Shown one piece after another: positions 8,098 to 15,076 of a stretch of 32,000 bases of DNA. Position numbers and translations under genes: made by a program. The stretch lies in the NCBI GenBank assembly GCA_024277355.1, contig JAJRVL010000004.1, positions 90,001 to 122,000 of the forward strand, in the 5' to 3' direction. How positions within the stretch are numbered: position 1 is the stretch's first letter; every line of letters begins with the position of its first letter. This stretch comes from an archaeon. Lineage in GTDB: Archaea > Iainarchaeota > Iainarchaeia > Iainarchaeales > 1-14-0-10-31-34. The notes beneath the pieces were generated by a model, which was not told where the DNA came from, made no database searches, and was given only the letters and a program-made list of their open reading frames with translations.

Positions 8098-9233
8098 TGT
8101 TTATGCACTTTTGATTCATGCAGTTTTATATCGCCGCAAACTTTACAGTGTTTTTTGATTCTTTCTAATGCAATTTGTCTTGCTGCATGTCTTGGATAAA
8201 TTTTTTCTTCTTCTGCTTTTTCTAAAACCAGTTTAGTGTTTCTTTCTATTTTTTCTTTTACTAATTCAAACATTTCTTTTTCATTTCCATTAATATATTC
8301 AACATAAGAAGAAATTACTCCTCCTGCATTAGCAACAAAATCAGGAACAATCAAAACTCCTTTTTCATGCAATGCTCTTTCAACATGAGTTGCAATAGGA
8401 ATATTGCTTCCTTCAACAATCAATTTTGCTTTAACTTTATCCATGTTTTCTGCTGTAATTACATTTGGTATTGCAGCAGTAATAATTACATCTACATCTA
8501 ATTCAAATAATTCATGCGAATACATTTTTTTTGCGTCATCATATTCAAAAATAGTTTTTTTTTCCTGATTTACTTTAACTAATTTTTCGTAATCTAATCC
8601 TTTTTCATTGTAAATACATCCGTTTACATCAGATACAGCATGAATTTTTGCGCCTTCTTCGTGCAGAAATTTTGCTGCAAAGCTTCCTACATTGCCAAAT
8701 CCTTCAATTGCAATTTTTGCTTTTTTTAAATCTATTTTTGCGTGTTTTGCACCAATTTTTGCTGCTAAAAATACTCCATAACCAGTTGAACCTAATTCAT
8801 GAGGCAGTCCTCCCATTAAAGAAGGTTTTCCTGTAACTGAATTGTTTTTTCCATTTGTTTCAGCATAAATTTTCATTTCGTTTTCTCCCATACTGATATC
8901 AGGAGCAGAAACATAATGTTCAGGCGAAACAACTTTTAGTGCTTCAGCAAAAGCTTTAACGATTTCAGCTTTTTTTTCAGGAGAAATTTTTCTTGGGTCA
9001 GCTACAATTCCTGCTTTTGCTCCGCCAAAAGGAAGTTCAGCTAAAGCATTTTTCAAAGTCATAGTTCTTGCTAATTTTAATACTTCTTCAGGAGAAACAG
9101 TAGGCGTCATTCTTATTCCGCCTTTTCCCGGACCAAAAGTAGTGTTGTCAATTACAACAAATCCTTTCATTCCAACTTTAGGATTATAAACCTGTAAAAC
9201 TTTTTCAGGACCTATTTCATCAAATTCAATCAT
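8094..9233 (-). CDS. Glu/Leu/Phe/Val dehydrogenase family protein (glutamate dehydrogenase-like)
   Basis: GPGKGGIRMTP...LARTMTLKNALAELPFGGAKAGIVADP matches the catalytic-Lys region of this family. EGFGNVGSFAAKFL is the NAD(P) Rossmann motif. The ATG at 9233 is preceded by AAGGTGG (SD) with 5-nt spacing; the track's GTG at 9242 is an alternative start. The protein is short for a GDH, so substrate specificity is uncertain. Confidence 0.85.
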   Translation of the reverse strand: MIEFDEIGPEKVLQVYNPKVGMKGFVVIDNTTFGPGKGGIRMTPTVSPEEVLKLARTMTLKNALAELPFGGAKAGIVADPRKISPEKKAEIVKAFAEALKVVSPEHYVSAPDISMGENEMKIYAETNGKNNSVTGKPSLMGGLPHELGSTGYGVFLAAKIGAKHAKIDLKKAKIAIEGFGNVGSFAAKFLHEEGAKIHAVSDVNGCIYNEKGLDYEKLVKVNQEKKTIFEYDDAKKMYSHELFELDVDVIITAAIPNVITAENMDKVKAKLIVEGSNIPIATHVERALHEKGVLIVPDFVANAGGVISSYVEYINGNEKEMFELVKEKIERNTKLVLEKAEEEKIYPRHAARQIALERIKKHCKVCGDIKLHESKVHKH

Positions 9234-9282
9234 AATTTCCACCTTTAACTGCCTTTATAAAAAAACAATCAATAAAAAGATT

Positions 9283-9312
9283 TAAAAAACAGAGAGATGT
9301 TAGGACAGCCTA
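9283..9312 (-). terminator. Putative terminator downstream of ogg: 5-bp hairpin followed by T6
   Basis: Minus-strand reading just after the ogg stop: TTAGG-CTGT-CCTAA (plus-strand 9299-9312), then CATCTCTCTGTTTTTT (A6 on the plus strand at 9283-9288). The stem is short, so this is tentative. Confidence 0.3.
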
Positions 9313-9313
9313 A

Positions 9314-9946
9314 CTATTTCAGTATTTTTCCTGTTTTAGTAAACCACAAAAATAAATCCAGTTCTCCTAAAGTTAAATTCAGTTTTTCTGCTATTTTCTT
9401 TAATTTTTTTTCTAATTCAAAATAAGTTTTTTCATTTAATTTTATTGATTCTTTTTCTTCTTTGATTAGTTTGTTTTCTTTTGCAACATTGAAAACATGT
9501 TTGTCTATTATTGCATAATTTAAGTTCCCTGTATTTCTTAAAAAATGGCTTGCTTCTTTTAATCCAAATCCTTTAATGTTTTTCACTAAAAAAATTCTTT
9601 TTTCTTTTTCAGGCAGACTTTTTAAGATTTCTTTTATGCCTGAAAACTTTCTTGCTGAACAGATAAAATTTGCCCGCCTGTTATAAAATCTGCTTCCTGC
9701 TTTTCTTAATTCTCTTGCAAGTTTTTTTTCCGGCAAACTCAAAAACTGTTTTGCTGAAATTTGTTTTTGCACTCTTATTCCCATTTCAGCTGAAGTGTTT
9801 GCTGTTAACAGACAAAAACATAACTCTGAAAACCATTCTTCATTTGAATGATTTTTAAAAGCTAAAAATTCTTTTTTTCTTTGTTTAACTGTTTGTTTTT
9901 GTTTTGTCTGCATTAAAGTTTTTATTTCCTGAATTAGTTTTTGCAT
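9314..9946 (-). CDS. ogg: 8-oxoguanine DNA glycosylase / N-glycosylase-DNA lyase, archaeal Ogg2 type
   Basis: 210 aa. ELCFCLLTANTSAEMGIRVQ, HhH-GPD element NIKGFGLKEASHFLRNTG with the catalytic Lys, IIDKHV with the catalytic Asp, and C-terminal LGELDLFLWFTKTGKILK. From memory this is colinear with the ~207-aa Methanocaldococcus jannaschii Ogg. Confidence 0.85.
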   Translation of the reverse strand: MQKLIQEIKTLMQTKQKQTVKQRKKEFLAFKNHSNEEWFSELCFCLLTANTSAEMGIRVQKQISAKQFLSLPEKKLARELRKAGSRFYNRRANFICSARKFSGIKEILKSLPEKEKRIFLVKNIKGFGLKEASHFLRNTGNLNYAIIDKHVFNVAKENKLIKEEKESIKLNEKTYFELEKKLKKIAEKLNLTLGELDLFLWFTKTGKILK

Positions 9947-9999
9947 TAAATAATCATATAAAGCAAAAATTAAAATAGTTTCAAAGCCTTAATTTTTTC

Positions 10000-10725
10000 A
10001 TGAAAAACAACAAAGGAGCAATAGCAATAGGAATTAATCACACAGGAATGCAAAATGGATTAAATGTTGTTGAAGCACTTAAAGAAAATGGCTTTAAAAA
10101 AGGAGATAAAGTTGCATTTGAAATGAGCGAACAGAATATTCATGAAATTAAAGAAATAATAAAAAGCAAAGAGAAAACAAAATACATAATCTATGAATTA
10201 AATAATGAATTAAATCAAATGAAAGAAAAAATAAAGAAAGCTAAATTTAAAAAAAACAGTGTTGAATTAAAACAATATAAACTGCAAAAAAAAGAATTAG
10301 AATATGCTGTTAATGAATCATTGTTTTTAATTCCTGTTTTTGATTTTCTTTTTTCTAATAAAGCAGTAATTATTCCTTTAAGGGGAAAAACAAATTTTGC
10401 TGAAAGAGCCATTAAATTTGAACACAAAAGTTTTTCTTCAAGGAAAAATAAAAGGTTTTTTGATTTCTTTAAAATTCCTGTTCAGGAAAAATTATTTAAA
10501 AAAAACCTTAAAGGAAAAAACCCTAAATTTGTTTTAACTGGATGGGCTCATCTTTCTGCAGTTAAAAAAATGATTTACTGCAGGAAAACAATTGATTTAA
10601 GCAGAATGGATTTTCCAGTAACAACTGCTTTAAAAATAAATGAATGGTTTATCAGAAAAAGATATCAGATTCACACAGCAAAAAAGAAAAAAATAAGAAA
10701 ACAATTAACTAAAAGAAAACTTTAA
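10000..10725 (+). CDS. Hypothetical lysine-rich protein (weak TraB/GumN-like motifs)
   Basis: Long ORF with the sense-strand A-richness typical of this genome. IAIGINHTG and VLTGWAHLSAVKKM faintly echo the two TraB-family His motifs. Very basic C-terminus. No firm family assignment. Confidence 0.5.
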   Translation: MKNNKGAIAIGINHTGMQNGLNVVEALKENGFKKGDKVAFEMSEQNIHEIKEIIKSKEKTKYIIYELNNELNQMKEKIKKAKFKKNSVELKQYKLQKKELEYAVNESLFLIPVFDFLFSNKAVIIPLRGKTNFAERAIKFEHKSFSSRKNKRFFDFFKIPVQEKLFKKNLKGKNPKFVLTGWAHLSAVKKMIYCRKTIDLSRMDFPVTTALKINEWFIRKRYQIHTAKKKKIRKQLTKRKL

Positions 10726-10769
10726 TAAAAAATAAAAAAAAACGAAAATTTGAAGATCAGACACTTAAA

Positions 10770-11363
10770 CTAAATAACCTTTTTTCTTCTGGAAAACAAT
10801 TTTTTTGGATTAAGTTTTTTGATTTTTCTTATTATTCTTTTTTTCTTCATTGATATAGATCTATGCAGAGCTATTGTTCTTGTAAGTTTTTTTATTGATT
10901 TGTTATAAGTATAACTAAACCCTGAATTTTTTTCTTGCAGCCCTCTGTTTTCAAGTTGTCTCATTCTTGGACCAGCAGGCATTGGATGAAATATTATGTT
11001 AATTTTTGAAAATCTTTTTTTCATTTCTTTTAAAACTTTTAATTCAAGCAATGATGCAATTCCTTTTCCTGTAAAGGCTTCTCTGTATTTTCCTACGCCT
11101 ATTTTTTTTGTTGGTTCAGGAAAATAAAAAGGATAATATGCTTCCCATAATGCACTTTTTTTAGTCCTGTTAATTTCTAAGCTCATTCTTCCAATTTGCA
11201 TCTTTTCTTTAAAAAGATTTTTGTTTTCTTTTATTGTTTTTCTTATTGCAGGATTAGAAATAAAGTTTTCTGATATAACTCCTTTTTCAACAAAAAATCC
11301 AGCTCTTATTTCTCTTTGAGTAGAAGAATAATTAATTCTTATTCCATCAACTTGTTTTTTCAT
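10770..11363 (-). CDS. Hypothetical protein with very basic C-terminus
   Basis: 197-aa ORF, convergent with the previous gene. EAFTGKGIASLLELKVLKEM only loosely resembles GNAT motif A. The tail MKKKRIIRKIKKLNPKKLFSRRKK is highly basic. Function unknown. Confidence 0.5.
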   Translation of the reverse strand: MKKQVDGIRINYSSTQREIRAGFFVEKGVISENFISNPAIRKTIKENKNLFKEKMQIGRMSLEINRTKKSALWEAYYPFYFPEPTKKIGVGKYREAFTGKGIASLLELKVLKEMKKRFSKINIIFHPMPAGPRMRQLENRGLQEKNSGFSYTYNKSIKKLTRTIALHRSISMKKKRIIRKIKKLNPKKLFSRRKKVI

Positions 11364-11405
11364 AATTAAATTAGTTTTTGTTTATTTAAAAGCTTTTCAG
11401 AGAAT

Positions 11406-11738
11406 TCAATGAATTTCTGAACCTGAAGGCAGTTCTTTATCTAAAGTAAGTAAAGCGATTTTTTCTCCTTGTTCTGCTGCCAAAAGCATTCCTTCAGATA
11501 AAATTCCAGCCATTTTTTTTGGCTCTAAATTTGCTACAATAATTATTGTTTTTCCTAGCATTTCTTCTTTTGAATAAAATTCTTTTAATCCTGCTAATAA
11601 AGTTCTTTTTTCGTTTCCAACTTCAATTGTCAGCTTATATAATTTGTCTTTTCCTTCTATATCATTTACTTCAATTATTTTTGCTGTCCTTAAATCTAAT
11701 TTCATGAAATCTGAATAAGAAATTGTTTCTTTTGCCAT
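11406..11738 (-). CDS. tRNA-binding domain protein (Trbp111/CsaA/MetRS-C-terminal-like OB fold)
   Basis: FMKLDLRTAKIIEVNDIEGKDKLYKLTIEVGNEKRTLLAGLKEFYSKEEMLGKTIIIVANLEPKKMAGILSEGMLLAAE matches the family pattern F.klDlRvg.I......adkLy...vd.G.e.R.ivsGi...Y..eel.Gk.v.vv.NLkP.k..G..S.GMlL. Confidence 0.85.
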   Translation of the reverse strand: MAKETISYSDFMKLDLRTAKIIEVNDIEGKDKLYKLTIEVGNEKRTLLAGLKEFYSKEEMLGKTIIIVANLEPKKMAGILSEGMLLAAEQGEKIALLTLDKELPSGSEIH

Positions 11739-11792
11739 AAAATCACAATTAAATTTGTTTAAGGAAATTAATTTATTGTTTTGGATTTAAAA

Positions 11793-11993
11793 TCAGCTTA
11801 CTTCATTTAATCTTATTACATTTATTTTTATTCGTGAATTAACATCTGAAATCATATCTGATGCTTTCAAGTAATTTACTGCTCTTTTAATTTCTTTAAC
11901 GCTTAAATTAGTTTTTTCTGCCAACAAAAATACATCTAATTGAGTGTTATTTTTGATTTCTTTGAAGACTTTTAAATAATTCACTAAATTCAT
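11793..11993 (-). CDS. Small (66 aa) putative winged-helix protein
   Basis: LLAEKTNLSVKEIKRAVNYLKASDMISD looks like the helix-turn-helix plus wing of MarR/Lrp-type domains. Short ORF with no further support. Confidence 0.4.
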   Translation of the reverse strand: MNLVNYLKVFKEIKNNTQLDVFLLAEKTNLSVKEIKRAVNYLKASDMISDVNSRIKINVIRLNEVS

Positions 11994-12060
11994 TTTTATC
12001 CCGAATTCTCTGTTAAAAGGCGATTAAATAAGGAATAAGTTATATATAAACCTAACGTAA

Positions 12061-12729
12061 TCAGTAATTTTTCGGCTTAAAAAACCCGTTTTTCGCAAAA
12101 AATGTTTTGATGTGAACCATCATTGAACTTCTTTTTCCATGCAAAGTTGATTTGCCTTTTTTTAGTAATTTTCTTGCATCTTCTAATGAATCAGTTTTAA
12201 CTTCAGTGAAAGCCATGCCGATTTCTTCAGGAAAATGAGCATCACTTCCTGCAGTCATTGGAATTCCATGAAATTCAGCAAAAGATTTAGCTTTTTCATT
12301 AAATGAATCAGCATAACACCTTGAATTAAATCCTTCAATGCAGTCAACTTTCTTGAATTCAGTTTTTAATAATTTGAAGTCATGTCTTAAAAAATCAAAT
12401 GGATGAGAAACAGAAATTAATGCGTCCTGTTCTCTTAATTCATCAATTACTTCTAAATAAAATTTAGGTTTAACAAATTCATTCATAAAAAGACCTAAAA
12501 TTTCTCCAATACAGTTTTTATTTTCATCAAAAACTTTTATTTCTTCTCCTTGGACTACTTTAACGCCTGCTTTTTTTCCTAATGAAACTAATTCTTTCCA
12601 TGAACGAATTGAATTATGATCTGTTATTGAAATATCAATTTTTTTTTTGCGGGCTAAATGAATTATTGTTTTAGGACGATTAATTGAATCAGAAGAACGA
12701 AATGAATGCAAATGTAAATCTAATTTCAT
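12061..12729 (-). CDS. PHP-domain metal-dependent phosphoesterase
   Basis: N-terminal MKLDLHLHSFRSSDS (DLH.HS..S.D motif), internal ITDHNS, and C-proximal TAGSDAHFPEEIG are the conserved PHP metal-ligand motifs. Confidence 0.85.
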   Translation of the reverse strand: MKLDLHLHSFRSSDSINRPKTIIHLARKKKIDISITDHNSIRSWKELVSLGKKAGVKVVQGEEIKVFDENKNCIGEILGLFMNEFVKPKFYLEVIDELREQDALISVSHPFDFLRHDFKLLKTEFKKVDCIEGFNSRCYADSFNEKAKSFAEFHGIPMTAGSDAHFPEEIGMAFTEVKTDSLEDARKLLKKGKSTLHGKRSSMMVHIKTFFAKNGFFKPKNY

Positions 12730-12801
12730 TTAATCACTAAATTTAAATGCTTAATGCAGGTAAATAAGATAATCTTTAAACTATAAAAAGGTAATTAAAA
12801 A

Positions 12802-14019
12802 ATGAATGAAATAAGAGAAGATTTTCCTGTTTTAAATAGAAAAATAGACGGAAAAAAAATCATTTATTTTGATAATGCAGCTACTTCATTAAAACCAATT
12901 CAAGTCATTAAAGCAATAACAGAATACTATGAATTTGGAACAGCAAACATTCACAGAGGCTTGCATAAATTAAGCGAAGAAGCTTCAATTAAATTTGAAA
13001 AAGCACATAATAAAACAGCAGAATTTTTTAATGCAAAAAAAGAAGAATTTGTTTTAACTAAAAATACCACTGAAGCAATAAACACAGTAATGTATTCACT
13101 TTACACAAGTGATTTTTTTGAAAAAGGAGATAAAATTTTAGTTTCAAAAGCAGAACATCATGCAAATTTAGTTCCATGGCAAATGCTGGAACAAAAAGGT
13201 TTAATTGAATTAAATTTTGTTGAATTAAACGAAGATTTCACTTTAGATTTAGAAGACTTAGAAAATAAATTAGATTCAAAAACAAAATTGATTGCTTTAG
13301 CTCATGCAACAAATACTACTGCTTCAATTAACCCTATACAAAAAATAGGAAAAATAGCTGAAGATAATGAAAGTTTATTTTTAGTTGACGGAGCACAAAC
13401 TGCACCTCATATGGAAATTGATTTCCATAAATTAAATGCAGATTTTTTTGCTTTTGCAGGACATAAAATGTTAGGGCCTTCAGGAACAGGAGGATTATTA
13501 GCTAAAAAAGAATTACTGGAAAAATTTAATCCTTTTTTGTATGGCGGAAGCATGATTCATTCAGTTGAATTGCATAAAAGTTCATGGAATAAACTTCCCT
13601 GGAAATTTGAAGCTGGAACACCTAATATTTCCGGAATGATTGGATTAGGAAAAGCAGTTGAATATTTAAGTAAAATTGGAATGAATAAAATCAGAAAACA
13701 TGAAAAAGAATTAACTAAATATGCTTTAGATAAAATGCATGAAATTAACGGCATTAAATTTTATTGTCCTGAAAATGAAGAAAAACAAGTTGGAACAATT
13801 TTATTTGAAATTGAAGGAATTGAAGCACACGATTTAGCTATAACTTTAGATGAATTTGCTAATATTGCTGTAAGAAGCGGAATGCATTGTGCTGAACCAT
13901 TAGTAAGCACTTTAAATGACAAAGGATTAGACAGAGCTTCATTTTATTTATATAATTCAAAAGAAGAAATAGATGTTTTTATTGAAGCATTAAAAACTAT
14001 TTCTAAGAGTTTTAAGTAA
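12802..14019 (+). CDS. sufS: Cysteine desulfurase, group II (SufS/CsdA-like), PLP-dependent
   Basis: YFDNAATSLKP, NIHRGLHKLS, PLP-lysine motif FAFAGHKMLGPSGTGGL, and group-II active-site motif VRSGMHCAEPL. Length 405 aa. Confidence 0.9.
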   Translation: MNEIREDFPVLNRKIDGKKIIYFDNAATSLKPIQVIKAITEYYEFGTANIHRGLHKLSEEASIKFEKAHNKTAEFFNAKKEEFVLTKNTTEAINTVMYSLYTSDFFEKGDKILVSKAEHHANLVPWQMLEQKGLIELNFVELNEDFTLDLEDLENKLDSKTKLIALAHATNTTASINPIQKIGKIAEDNESLFLVDGAQTAPHMEIDFHKLNADFFAFAGHKMLGPSGTGGLLAKKELLEKFNPFLYGGSMIHSVELHKSSWNKLPWKFEAGTPNISGMIGLGKAVEYLSKIGMNKIRKHEKELTKYALDKMHEINGIKFYCPENEEKQVGTILFEIEGIEAHDLAITLDEFANIAVRSGMHCAEPLVSTLNDKGLDRASFYLYNSKEEIDVFIEALKTISKSFK

Positions 14020-14052
14020 AAAATTAAATACTTCTATTGAGTTAAATGTTTT

Positions 14053-14973
14053 ATGCCAAAAATATTTCATAGAAATAAACTTAAACCACTTATTTTAGCT
14101 AATCCTGGAAGTTCATTAAAACAAATAAAAGAATTATTATTTCAGAAAACAAAACAAAAAGCAGATATTGCAACAGTCTACAGAGCAAAAAAAGAATTAA
14201 TTAAATCAGGCAAACTTGTAATTGGAAAACACACTGTTTTGAATTCAACAGAAGCAAGAATACTTAAAGCAATTTATTATAATCCTAAAATGCCTAATTC
14301 TAAAAAATATAATTCCAGAATTGCTATAATAGCAGACGCCGGCGAAAGAACAGTAAGGCAAATAAGAAAAAGATTAGCTGAAGGATTTTACGGTAAACAA
14401 GAATTTTTTATAAGCCCAAGACAAGAACTGCTTGAAGCTGTTGAAAAAGAAAACAAATCAAAAAAATACTATTCTAAAAGAAAAACTGCCCAGACTTCAA
14501 ATAAAACTCCAAGACAAGAATTAACTGAAACTATTAAAAAACAAAATGAACAACTAAAGAAACAAAAACAAAAAAAACTTGCTGCTGAAACAAGAAGCAC
14601 TAAAGTAAAAATGACTACTAAAAGCAAACAATATCAAAAAAGAATCGCAGCTACTATAATGGTAATTGAAAACCCTAAACTTAATTCTCTTCAAATATCA
14701 AGATTATTTACAGGAAAAAAATTTGGAAAAATATCAGCTAATAAAATTGAACAAATAAAAAACAGATTAAACAAAAGAAATAAAACAAAACTTCTAAAAA
14801 GAATGATAATAGACAGCACAATATTAGATAAGCCAAATATTAAACCAAGCACAGCAATAAAATTTCTTGAAAAACAGGGATTCCCAAAAATTCCAGAAAA
14901 AACAATTAGGTCAAGAAAAGTTATATTAATGAAAATGAATTTAATCCCAAAAGAAACTAAATACACTTTTTAA
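14053..14973 (+). CDS. Basic protein with about four HTH-like modules and an internal PRQEL repeat; function unknown
   Basis: HTH-like segments: SLKQIKELL...IATVYRAKKELIKSG; ARILKAIY...ERTVRQIRKRLAEG; LNSLQISRLF...ANKIEQIKNRL; PSTAIKFLEKQGF...EKTIRSRK. Repeat: SPRQELLEAVEKENKSKK and TPRQELTETIKKQNEQLKK. Lys/Arg-rich. Confidence 0.55.
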   Translation: MPKIFHRNKLKPLILANPGSSLKQIKELLFQKTKQKADIATVYRAKKELIKSGKLVIGKHTVLNSTEARILKAIYYNPKMPNSKKYNSRIAIIADAGERTVRQIRKRLAEGFYGKQEFFISPRQELLEAVEKENKSKKYYSKRKTAQTSNKTPRQELTETIKKQNEQLKKQKQKKLAAETRSTKVKMTTKSKQYQKRIAATIMVIENPKLNSLQISRLFTGKKFGKISANKIEQIKNRLNKRNKTKLLKRMIIDSTILDKPNIKPSTAIKFLEKQGFPKIPEKTIRSRKVILMKMNLIPKETKYTF

Positions 14974-15076
14974 AAAAATTAATACAACAGTTCAATTATT
15001 TCCTGAAAAACAAACAAATATATTTAATTCAAAAAAACGAAAAGAATTAATAAAGGAAAAGCACTTATTTTAGCTG

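Noticed and set aside
10770-11363. GNAT acetyltransferase call for the 197-aa ORF
   Set aside because: Only a partial motif-A-like string (FTGKGIASLL) is present, it lacks the conserved Q/R, and I cannot see motifs B-D. The ORF is left as hypothetical.
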